Below, in pieces: positions 9,587 to 18,193 of a stretch of DNA of 64,000 nt. A program made the position numbers and the translations under genes. The stretch is from IMG/VR virus record IMGVR_UViG_3300030514_000001, positions 64,001 to 128,000 of that record; one strand, 5' to 3'. Source of the stretch: a virus. Its lineage: Duplodnaviria; Heunggongvirae; Uroviricota; Caudoviricetes; Herelleviridae. The notes beneath the pieces were generated by a model. That model ran no database searches, had not been told where the DNA came from, and saw nothing but the letters and a program-made list of their open reading frames with translations. Within the stretch, counting starts at the first letter, position 1. Each line of letters starts with the position of its first letter.

Positions 9587-9644
9587 GCGAGTATAAACAG
9601 GCTTTAGGCTCACAGCGTCGCGGGGTTTATCCCCTGCGGGTAGC
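9577..9644 (+). ncRNA. pistol self-cleaving ribozyme
   Basis: P1 ACTCG/CGAGT, loop TGTGAG, ATAAACAG, P2 GCT/AGC, pseudoknot GTGAGC/GCTCAC, AGCG, P3 hairpin, GT cleavage dinucleotide 9640-9641. Confidence 0.88.
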
Positions 9645-9732
9645 AACTAAAATAAAATTTTAAATAGTTGTTGACTTTCTGTAAAGAAGGGTTTAAAATG
9701 AAAGTAACTTAAAAAAAGGGAGATGTTTTATA

Positions 9733-10614
9733 ATGACAAAAAAATTAACGGTTGGTCAATATGATGTACTAGAGGTATTAGGCGATGAACAAGACGTGTT
9801 AGCACAATTCAATGATTATGACGGTTCAACATACATTTGCGATGCTATTCAAGAAATAGCAGATAAGGCTATACCATACCAAAATTATAAATTATGGGAA
9901 AACGCGCCAAAAATTCAAGATTCAATAGAGGAGGCTATAGACAGCGGTTTATGTGAAACGGCGCGCGGTGAACGTCCCGACTTAATTAAAATTTTCACAG
10001 CCGGACATTATCAATACTACTCACAACTATTATACGATAATGAGGGAGTTATGTATTATGATTACATTGCTACAATCGTTAATAATTGGTTGGAAGGGCT
10101 AAATCATGACCAATTAGAAAAGCTAGATATTGACGAACTCGACGAACGTATAGAAGAGGAAAAAGGGAATATAGATAATAACGATTATATGGAAGACTTG
10201 GAAGACATCGCAAAACGTATTATTGCAGAGTTTAAAGGAAAAGTTAATAAAGATGCAAGATGGACGAATTACGGCGACGTGAACGCTTTAGAGCATGGAG
10301 GCGACTTTATTAAAAAAGATATTGATTACCCGCTTGACAAGTGTTATTACTACGTTAAAGTGATTAATATGTATAATGCATGTGGTGAAGATGGTTACAG
10401 AGTCGAAGAGGGATATATAGACTTAAATGATAGTTGGATTGATTGGAACGCTGTAGAAACTACATGCGACGTAACAGACCGTGACGAAATCAAAGTCATT
10501 GACGTTGTAAGTTATTACGGAATGGAAGAGTTTAACGGAGAGGCATTATCATTTGATGATGAAACAGAGGTTTTAGAGCATTTAGCAACAAAAGGAATTT
10601 GTATCGAAAATTAA
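9733..10614 (+). CDS. Ocr-like (T7 gp0.3-type) acidic DNA-mimic domain fused to an unknown C-terminal domain
   Basis: DAIQEIADKAIP...DSGL...DLIKIFTA..Y aligns with recalled Ocr DAIHMAADNAVP...DSGL...DVIRILQA..Y; very D/E-rich. Confidence 0.7.
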   Translation: MTKKLTVGQYDVLEVLGDEQDVLAQFNDYDGSTYICDAIQEIADKAIPYQNYKLWENAPKIQDSIEEAIDSGLCETARGERPDLIKIFTAGHYQYYSQLLYDNEGVMYYDYIATIVNNWLEGLNHDQLEKLDIDELDERIEEEKGNIDNNDYMEDLEDIAKRIIAEFKGKVNKDARWTNYGDVNALEHGGDFIKKDIDYPLDKCYYYVKVINMYNACGEDGYRVEEGYIDLNDSWIDWNAVETTCDVTDRDEIKVIDVVSYYGMEEFNGEALSFDDETEVLEHLATKGICIEN

Positions 10615-10676
10615 TTGTTGACTTTTAGAAAACACACATGTTACAATAAGGGTAACTTAATAAGGGGGGTTACATC

Positions 10677-10934
10677 ATGCGAGATATTGAATACATTCTA
10701 GATGACTTGGAAAAGTGGCGTGATATTCTCGAAGACCTATCTATCATGCATAAGTTAGAAACAACTAAAGAAGGTCTTGACCACTTTGAAAACGAAATCT
10801 CTTTTGCGCTTGATAAGATTGGCGACTTACAACGTGAGTTAGAAGAGGCAGAAAGAGAAGAGGCTAAACGTTTTAATACCGCAAATGAACGCGCTATGTC
10901 AGAGGCGGGACATAATGAAAGGGACTTCCTTTAA
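10677..10934 (+). CDS. early acidic coiled-coil protein
   Basis: follows repeat. Confidence 0.8.
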   Translation: MRDIEYILDDLEKWRDILEDLSIMHKLETTKEGLDHFENEISFALDKIGDLQRELEEAEREEAKRFNTANERAMSEAGHNERDFL

Positions 10935-10967
10935 AAAAAGGAGGTTCCCTTGTTGGGAGGCTAGGAA

Positions 10968-11138
10968 ATGAATGTAAATAGGCTCTATATAATTCATGAG
11001 TTAGCGCGCGTAAAATTGCATTATGGAGGAATTAAGCAAAGACATCTAGAGAGAAGAGCGAAACAATTAGAAACAACGCCTAAAAATCTTATGATAGCTG
11101 TTAATAGGTATATAACGAAACATAACGGAATCATTTAA
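10968..11138 (+). CDS. early basic protein (56 aa, not in track)
   Basis: GGGAGG SD; stop abuts next repeat. Confidence 0.7.
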   Translation: MNVNRLYIIHELARVKLHYGGIKQRHLERRAKQLETTPKNLMIAVNRYITKHNGII

Positions 11139-11209
11139 AAATAGTTGTTGACTTTTAGTAAAAGATAGTTTAAAATGAAATTAACTTAAGAAAAGGGAGA
11201 TGTTTTATA

Positions 11210-11551
11210 ATGATAGACTACAATTATTACGGTACTAAAGGTATTAAAGCGACAACGCACGTTATTAATGAAGATAAACTAATTTACGAAATTGTTTCAT
11301 ACACACAATTACAAAGTTCTGATATATGTTTCTTGTATAACCTTGAATTGGTGGCGGGATATGATTACATTAATCCAGACTATAACGACATACAAGGCTA
11401 TGTATCTAAAGAGAACTTTATAGAAGATATCCACTTTGAACAATTCACATTTTACGCTATGTCAGAGTCATTAACAGAGGCGTTAACAGACCACGGTTAT
11501 AAAGTGATTGATATTAACGATTACAAGATACACCAATTTAAAGGGTGTTAG
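11210..11551 (+). CDS. early hypothetical protein
   Basis: follows repeat. Confidence 0.8.
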   Translation: MIDYNYYGTKGIKATTHVINEDKLIYEIVSYTQLQSSDICFLYNLELVAGYDYINPDYNDIQGYVSKENFIEDIHFEQFTFYAMSESLTEALTDHGYKVIDINDYKIHQFKGC

Positions 11552-11661
11552 GCGCTCATACAAAGCGTTTACCCCTTTCTAATACAAATAGACAAGAATT
11601 AAAGTGAAAACGTTGTAAGAGGTTGTGAATAGCCTTAAAATAAATACTAGAGGTGTTATAA

Positions 11662-11850
11662 ATGGAAAAAGCAATCGATATTTTAAAAGGTGAACTAGAA
11701 AAGGCTAGAGAAGAGCTTGACGACGCGGAAAAGATTGAAAGAAGTTTTTACCCGTGGAAAGATAGTAAGATTTATAAAGCAATTGGTAAGATTAACGGTT
11801 TAGAGGATGCTATAAAAGAAATAGAAAAAGAGATGCAAATTAATTGTTGA
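11662..11850 (+). CDS. early hypothetical protein
   Basis: GAGGTG SD; stop inside next repeat. Confidence 0.75.
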   Translation: MEKAIDILKGELEKAREELDDAEKIERSFYPWKDSKIYKAIGKINGLEDAIKEIEKEMQINC

Positions 11851-11907
11851 CTTATAGTAAAGTACATATTATAATGAAATTAACTTAAATAAAGGGAGTT
11901 GTTAATT

Positions 11908-12189
11908 ATGTTCGCGGTTGAAAAAGCAGAAATGAATTTATTGAATAAAATTGAAATTACAAAGGGTACAACGTTAAAACTATTAACAGGTGGTATGGAA
12001 TTTTATATGCTGGTGGATGTAGAACGCGTTACATTAAGGGGAGTCGCTGATTTATTTGAAAATGATATTGATTATATTTCAATCGAAGTTAATGACCTGT
12101 TCAAGCGTTGGGGACGTGAAAACCCTTTAACAGAATTACAAGAAATGTCTATATTATTTCATCAAAAAATAACTTTAATACAACGTTAA
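11908..12189 (+). CDS. early hypothetical protein
   Basis: start moved to ATG 11908 to fit the repeat SD. Confidence 0.75.
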   Translation: MFAVEKAEMNLLNKIEITKGTTLKLLTGGMEFYMLVDVERVTLRGVADLFENDIDYISIEVNDLFKRWGRENPLTELQEMSILFHQKITLIQR

Positions 12190-12257
12190 AAATAGTTGTT
12201 GACTTTTAGGAAACAATAGTTTAAAATGAAATTAACTTAAAAAAAGGGGTTGGGAAT

Positions 12258-12521
12258 ATGGACTACAAAACAATGAACGCGGTTGAGCTATTAGAAGAGA
12301 ATCTAATCACAATGGAAAGCACAAAAGAGCTTTTAGAAATGCAAATGTTGAATGCACAAGAAAGACACGAACACTACATATATACAACTGGTACACATAA
12401 ATTAGAAATGATTTCACTTGTTACAAAAGAAATTAAGGCTATTAAATCACATATGTTAACAGTAGAGCTACAATTAAAACAATTAAGCTCACTTATTAGA
12501 ATATTAAAGGGGGAAAATTAA
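12258..12521 (+). CDS. early hypothetical protein
   Basis: follows repeat. Confidence 0.8.
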   Translation: MDYKTMNAVELLEENLITMESTKELLEMQMLNAQERHEHYIYTTGTHKLEMISLVTKEIKAIKSHMLTVELQLKQLSSLIRILKGEN

Positions 12522-12653
12522 AGTGAAAAGTATTATCATCGGTACGTATTCAGAGTTTGCGAAAAAGATTTTAAGTAAAGTCGGTACACATGGAGCGAAA
12601 AAGTTAATTGTAGCATTGCAAAAAGAAATAGATGAAAAGGAAGGTGAAAAGTA

Positions 12654-12887
12654 ATGTTATTTACAGCAAATAAATATAGTTTAAAAGAATGGATTAATAA
12701 CATATATCAGGGGTATATAGAACCAGAGGACATAGAGCCGGAAAGCATTAATACTATCTATATAGCATGCATTAAAGAAAGGTGTCATGAAGAAATAAGC
12801 GGGCGGAATAGAATGGACTTTTGCCCAAAATTAACTATGACTATTAACAAGCTAGAAAGATATATTATAAATCGTTTATCAAACTAA
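12654..12887 (+). CDS. early hypothetical protein
   Basis: AAGGTG SD. Confidence 0.7.
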   Translation: MLFTANKYSLKEWINNIYQGYIEPEDIEPESINTIYIACIKERCHEEISGRNRMDFCPKLTMTINKLERYIINRLSN

Positions 12888-12907
12888 TTAAAGGGAGATG
12901 TTATACA

Positions 12908-13099
12908 ATGAATACAACTATTATGAATGTAAAAGAATATAATAAGGCGCGTGAACTTGTCAAACTACATAAGGAGGGTGAATATACACAACTAGCTTTT
13001 AAAATAGCTGTTATATATGATACACAAGATTTTAGATATATTTCGAATGTTATGGAAATGTATGTTAAAGAGACAGGCGGGGCGGGTAATGGATATTAA
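12908..13099 (+). CDS. early hypothetical protein, paralog of 16417-16590
   Basis: LV.L...G....LA..IA..Y...D...IS.VM shared. Confidence 0.75.
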   Translation: MNTTIMNVKEYNKARELVKLHKEGEYTQLAFKIAVIYDTQDFRYISNVMEMYVKETGGAGNGY

Positions 13100-13337
13100 C
13101 GAAATCATTATAACAGGCGCTATAGGGCTTACATGCGTTGTTAGTGCTTGTTATAGTACTTACATAATAGGATACAATAAAGGCGTATCAGCGACTCAAA
13201 AAGCCGTCACAAGGCTAATAGAGGATGAAATAAAAGAAATCGATACAAAGAAGTGTGAAATAACCTTTAAATAGTTGTTGACTTTTAGAAAATATACATG
13301 ATACAATGAGGGTAACTTAATAAGGGAGCTGTTACAT

Positions 13338-13517
13338 ATGAATAAATTTTATGGTTATATTTCAAAAGAAAATAAAACTTCTCTTTTCGGTTATGAACTA
13401 AGTTTAAGGGAACAAGGTTGCAAGCCTGTTATGTTAGGTGAAGATGATAAAAAGTATTATGCTATCTATTTAGCGGATAAAAGCCTAAAAAACTTGGAAG
13501 AAATAAAGAAGTATTAG
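13338..13517 (+). CDS. early hypothetical protein (59 aa, not in track)
   Basis: ATG directly after repeat; MNKFYGYISKENK...IKKY*. Confidence 0.75.
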   Translation: MNKFYGYISKENKTSLFGYELSLREQGCKPVMLGEDDKKYYAIYLADKSLKNLEEIKKY

Positions 13518-13644
13518 AAGGTCAATTTTATAATATACCTAATCAAGTAAAACCACACTTTTAAAAATAGTCGTTGACTTTCAGTAAATAAAGGTTTAAA
13601 ATGAAATTAAGTTAAAAAAACAAATTAAAGGGAGCTGTTATACA

Positions 13645-13935
13645 ATGTCAATTAAAGGAATGGAATACTTTTTAGAAGATACTTTTCAAGAGTTAGGCGC
13701 GAACTATAATAGACTGACAATAGCGCATAGGTATAAAATAGGTCATCCAAGTAATGAAGTTATTATATCATACGGTATCAACGGCAACAACGAAGAAGAA
13801 TATAAGTTATATACAGGTAATGGAAAACATACAACCGTAACAAATAGTAAAGACGTTCTGTATTTAGCTTTAGAACATGTTTTAAAGGCTTACAGCATCG
13901 ATAAAAACTATAGCGCATACTTAGAGGGGGTTTAA
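13645..13935 (+). CDS. early hypothetical protein
   Basis: follows repeat. Confidence 0.8.
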   Translation: MSIKGMEYFLEDTFQELGANYNRLTIAHRYKIGHPSNEVIISYGINGNNEEEYKLYTGNGKHTTVTNSKDVLYLALEHVLKAYSIDKNYSAYLEGV

Positions 13936-14139
13936 ACAATGTATATTATAACAGCTATTTTCGAGAATTGCGAACAGGATATAGGAAAGGCTATTTCTAA
14001 AGAAGAGGCTTTACATATATGCGAGGCACATTATAACACAACAGAACAGGCGGAAAGTTACTTAGTGACAGAAAAAGGATACAAAGTATTTGCAATTAGT
14101 TTTTAATATATAAACTACCCAATCAGAGGAGGAAAAACA

Positions 14140-14394
14140 ATGGCTAAAATAGAAGAGATTGAAAAAGGGCGTTACATGGTTGTACTATCACAAGCGGAAT
14201 TGAATACAATTTCATTATTACTGGGAGCATACGAAGGTGACGACTATATCAGAGAAATCGGTGAAGACTTCGAAGACTACCCACATGAGCCGGATAACAC
14301 GAATAACAACTACGTAACAGGCGTTGAAGGGGATAACCTATTCCATGCATTCAAGAAGCATAGAACGGTTCTAGAAGACAGAGAGGGGCTTTAA
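14140..14394 (+). CDS. early hypothetical protein
   Basis: AGAGGAGG SD. Confidence 0.8.
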   Translation: MAKIEEIEKGRYMVVLSQAELNTISLLLGAYEGDDYIREIGEDFEDYPHEPDNTNNNYVTGVEGDNLFHAFKKHRTVLEDREGL

Positions 14395-14570
14395 AATGCA
14401 ATTACAATTAAAGGTTAAAGTATTATTAGAAGATGGAAGAGTGTATATAAAACCGGATGATGTAAACGAAATGGAAAGCACACTAGAAGAAATGAATATC
14501 AAACACTTTGTAATACCTATTAACAGCTACATGACTATGATTGAGTTAAATATAGAGGAGATGTAATATA

Positions 14571-15041
14571 ATGAGCTACAAGGATAACGTATATATAACA
14601 GAGAATAGATTGATTGAAATGTACACAAACGAACAAGAATTTGAGAAGCTTAATCAAGGTCATGTATGCAAAGGAAGTACAATATATAAAGAGGGACTAC
14701 ATACAATCGTATTCAAGGCAAAAGCGAAATGTATTACTAACTTTGTAAAAGGTCAACCACTAAGCCGTGAAGAAGGTTATCACATGTATATAACACCTTA
14801 TGCACTAGTGGACATGACCGACGTTAATACCGTTGAACAATGGAAGAAAGATAAAGATACAAGTGTAGAGCGTTTAAGCGACATCTGGGAGCTATTAGAG
14901 AAGACTTGCAACGAACTAGACCATTTACAACGAAATCATATTATACTTGAGTCAGATACACGTAAAGCCGTTGAAAAGGTAATGAAACAGGTAGAGAGTT
15001 TAGCAGAATACAAAATAAAAGGAAACAACCTATACTTATAA
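14571..15041 (+). CDS. early hypothetical protein
   Basis: GAGGAGATGT SD motif. Confidence 0.8.
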   Translation: MSYKDNVYITENRLIEMYTNEQEFEKLNQGHVCKGSTIYKEGLHTIVFKAKAKCITNFVKGQPLSREEGYHMYITPYALVDMTDVNTVEQWKKDKDTSVERLSDIWELLEKTCNELDHLQRNHIILESDTRKAVEKVMKQVESLAEYKIKGNNLYL

Positions 15042-15059
15042 TAAAGGAGCTGTTTGATA

Positions 15060-15389
15060 ATGACATTCTTATCAAGTAAAGAAATATATAAAAGAAACTG
15101 TGAACTTATCGCAAAAGAGTTTACAAAAGGTAATGAATACATTATAGAAGAAAGAGTAATGAAAACAACAGGTTCATATAGATATAAAGTAAATCTAAAA
15201 CATATTGATACGGTTATACTTGTTAATTATAATAATGAAACATATAAGTATGAGGGGTATGTACAATGCAATCACCCGGAATTTCACCAAACATTTAATA
15301 TAGAATCAGAAATAACAATGGAAATATATGATTTCATTCAAAGTAAAGTAGAAATGATAACAAGCATACTCATATATTATAAAGACTAA
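15060..15389 (+). CDS. early hypothetical protein
   Basis: AGGAGCTGTT SD; ATG 15060 fits spacing. Confidence 0.75.
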   Translation: MTFLSSKEIYKRNCELIAKEFTKGNEYIIEERVMKTTGSYRYKVNLKHIDTVILVNYNNETYKYEGYVQCNHPEFHQTFNIESEITMEIYDFIQSKVEMITSILIYYKD

Positions 15390-15818
15390 CACCTAATACA
15401 TATAGAAGGGAGCTGTATATTATGCGACTAACTAATGAAGAACGTATTAAAAGATTGTCAGAACTAGGAAAAGAAATAAATAAAGAGTATGCACTATATA
15501 AAGAAGCTCAAGATAATAATGATAGGGAAAAAGCAGAAATACACGCGGACAAATACGATATACTTATGAATGAGAAAAGAGAACTACTATTTGATTAATA
15601 TATAATAAAGGAGATACTAAATAATGCACATCAAAGAGTTAGCAGGGAAAAGAGTACAGCATAAAGACGGAAACATATATTATATAGATAGTGCTATGCA
15701 TACAAGTAATGATGTAATACTATTCTTAAAGGCGCAACCTGATACACCTATTAAGCGTACAGTGAGTTACTTTAAAATAGATATAGAATACATAATACTA
15801 TAAAAGGAGCTGTATATA

Positions 15819-16019
15819 ATGTTAGACATGGAAAGATATATAAATAGACATGTAACACTAGATGTAATAGTGAGTAATAAAACATATCAAATAAGCGGAA
15901 AGATTGTAGAGGTAAACGCGAACATAACAAAACTAGCTATATATAAACATAGAAGGTTAACAAATAGATATATACCTAATGAGGATATTGTAGGTATAGA
16001 GGATACAACAATACTATAG
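15819..16019 (+). CDS. small beta-rich protein, possibly Sm/SH3-like fold
   Basis: INRHVTLDV...ISGKIVEV...YIPNEDIVGIE pattern. Confidence 0.7.
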   Translation: MLDMERYINRHVTLDVIVSNKTYQISGKIVEVNANITKLAIYKHRRLTNRYIPNEDIVGIEDTTIL

Positions 16020-16040
16020 ATAAAAAAGGAGCTGTATATA

Positions 16041-16238
16041 ATGAATGGTTTTGTATTAGTAAATAGAGAAGGATTAAGAGGTTTGTTTGTCAGATATAAT
16101 GAAGACATAGAGTGTATAGATATAAGGATAACTATAGGATGTATTGACAATGTATCGAGTGAGTTTACAATGAGCATAGAAGACTTTATATTCATATACG
16201 GGCATTTAGTGGAATTAGGTCATTTAGTAGAGGTGTAA
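16041..16238 (+). CDS. early hypothetical protein
   Basis: AGGAGCTGTA SD. Confidence 0.7.
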   Translation: MNGFVLVNREGLRGLFVRYNEDIECIDIRITIGCIDNVSSEFTMSIEDFIFIYGHLVELGHLVEV

Positions 16239-16416
16239 CACATATTATATATAATAACAGCTTGAAAAAGTTAAACAAAATAACTAGATAAAAATAATCC
16301 AAGCCCCAGCTTTTGTATTTGATGACCTGCTCACACTAGAGTATATAAGTTGCATCTATAAGAGGAGGCGGGGCGCGGGCTATTAATATATGAAAATTTG
16401 AAAGGTGGAATATATA

Positions 16417-16590
16417 ATGATAGATTATTCAGAAATCGAAAAGGACATAGACTTTGCTGTGGATAGATTGGTACAATTGTTCGAAGATGGTGATGGGGTT
16501 CGATTAGCGGGTGAAATAGCGAACTTATATAATAGTAGTGATGTTAACTTTATAAGCGTTGTTATGGCAGAGTTTAAAGAATCTATATAA
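16417..16590 (+). CDS. early hypothetical protein, paralog of 12908-13099
   Basis: AAGGTGG SD before ATG 16417; shared motif. Confidence 0.7.
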   Translation: MIDYSEIEKDIDFAVDRLVQLFEDGDGVRLAGEIANLYNSSDVNFISVVMAEFKESI

Positions 16591-16599
16591 TGTAAGTAG

Positions 16600-17570
16600 T
16601 CAACTGCAAATAACACAAAAAGACTAGTAGCCCGCTGGAATACTAGTCTTCACTATATCTCTTATCCACTTGACAAACAAACGCCTTATATATCATAGAC
16701 TGACAATTCTGAAAACATGAAGGTTATATCCTAATAGTAAGATGTGTAATTTGTCAGAATATTATATACAGCTTGCTAAACGTTTATTTGTCTGCCACTT
16801 ATACTATATGATATGCAAGTGAATTGCAATAGGTGACAAAAAGTAAAACTATTCTCAATAGTCGCAATTATCAGATAACTTTATTATATATAATAAGAGA
16901 ATGATTATAATGTGCAGAATAGTATGACAATTAGGACAGTTCGTGCTGCTGCAATAGACAGAATAGTCAGTTAATTATAATTAGTATAATCTATATAATA
17001 TTCTGATAATTCTAAATACTTTAGGATAGTTGTCTAAATGTTCAGATAATTTAGAGTATATAATTAACTTGACAAATGGTAAAATATATGATTGGAGCAG
17101 TTGTGTTAATAGTCTTACAATTCTGAATACATAATTAACTTGACATATATAATAGGTCGTGGTATATATAGGGAGCTGTTTGAATAGTGTTAATATTCAT
17201 ATTATTTATAATATTCTGACAATTTATAAATCGGGTTAAAATACAGGAAGCCGAGAAGCCTTGATATGACTAGGTTTAAGAGTCCATTTCCTCCGTATGA
17301 GCTTCTAGCAGTCTATCTAATACACTTGTGAGGGGTAGGGCTTAGAATCACTGTACGAGGCTGTGAGAGGCTTTAAAATAGATTTGACAAATTCATAGAT
17401 ATATGTTATATACGTACGCGCTTGTACATGTGTTATATAGAGGAAATAGTTATTATAATATTCTGACAATTCTGAATAGTTTTATTTTAATTAATTGGAA
17501 TAAAGGGCTTGTCAATTGCGTATAATAGTATTAAGATAAGGGTAGTTAAAACAGAGCGGCAACGAATTGA
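16600..17570. other. ~1-kb non-coding control region with ATATTCTGACAATT repeats and tandem promoters
   Basis: no ORF in track; repeats at 16998, 17211, 17458, inverted at ~16750; TTGACA-17-TATATA at 17139 and 17385, TTGTCA-17-TAAGAT at 17509. Confidence 0.7.
16615..16794 (-). ncRNA. candidate ~180-nt structured antisense-oriented RNA
   Basis: - strand TTGCAA-17-TAGTAT promoter (16829-16801), long G-U-containing stem, - strand terminator 16650-16617. Confidence 0.5.
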
Positions 17571-17639
17571 AAATAGTTGTTGACTTTTAGTAAATAAGAT
17601 GATAAGATGAAATTAACTTAAGAAGAGGAGCTGTTATAT
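17571..17639 (+). promoter_or_regulatory. outlying copy of the promoter-RBS repeat
   Basis: AAATAGTTGTTGACTTTTAGTAAA...TAAGAT...AACTTAA...GAGGAGCTGTT. Confidence 0.85.
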
Positions 17640-18140
17640 ATGAAAACATTAGAAATGGGTCAATTAGAATTGGGTATGGAGGTACGCATCACAACTAAAT
17701 TAGGTGACGAAAAAGTGTTCGAAGGAAAGGTGATTGACTTCTCAAGAATGCAAACGCAAGTATGGATTGAAAATGAGGTTGATATCTATCGCTTTAATAT
17801 GCATCATGTAGAGGTTGTACTAGTGGAGCAGGAAGAGGAGCGCGCACCAGATGGACTAAAGACTCTTAAGGAGATTAAGGAGGCTATTGCAGACGAATTA
17901 AAAGGTCAATGGTATGAGGAGATTGAAAGCGTGAAGGTTGCCGTATATAATAGCGATGAGGACGGAGCAGAGGTATACGACTGTGAAGTTCAAATTGTAC
18001 TTGACAACGGCGAGTCCATCTATCCTACATTTGGCACTTTCTATAATGAAAAGGACGCGCTTGCATACGCTCGTACTATGCGTACTAAATTAAAGCGAAC
18101 TTATGATATTAGCGAGCAGGTGTTTGTATACTCTTGCTAG
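17640..18140 (+). CDS. early hypothetical protein
   Basis: follows repeat. Confidence 0.85.
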   Translation: MKTLEMGQLELGMEVRITTKLGDEKVFEGKVIDFSRMQTQVWIENEVDIYRFNMHHVEVVLVEQEEERAPDGLKTLKEIKEAIADELKGQWYEEIESVKVAVYNSDEDGAEVYDCEVQIVLDNGESIYPTFGTFYNEKDALAYARTMRTKLKRTYDISEQVFVYSC

Positions 18141-18193
18141 TATGCCCAGCTAGTACCATATATTAAAATTACTATATAAAGGGAGATGTTATT

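Larger units (their letters stand above)
7200..13645 (+). repeat. array of ~70-bp promoter-RBS repeats (AAATAGTTGTTGACTTTTAG...TA(A/C)AAT...AACTTAA...GGGAG(C/A)TGTT)
   Basis: -35 hexamers at 7209, 7492, 8082, 8420, 8644, 8907, 9197, 9671, 10618, 11148, 11847, 12199, 13278, 13574. Confidence 0.92.

Noticed and set aside
10919..10951. Hairpin AAGGGACTTCCTTT/AAAGGAGGTTCCCTT as a second ribozyme
   Set aside because: Simple stem with no catalytic core motifs; more likely a weak terminator or processing stem
7200..13645. CRISPR array or true integron
   Set aside because: Repeats are promoter-RBS units separated by whole genes of variable length; no cas gene, integrase or attC-like hairpin is visible
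14571..15041. 2H phosphoesterase (Acb1-like)
   Set aside because: The histidines are not in HxT/S context
16255..16385. Twister-like TCCAAGCCC and GC-rich pairing
   Set aside because: Could not build the P2/P4 stems or pseudoknots
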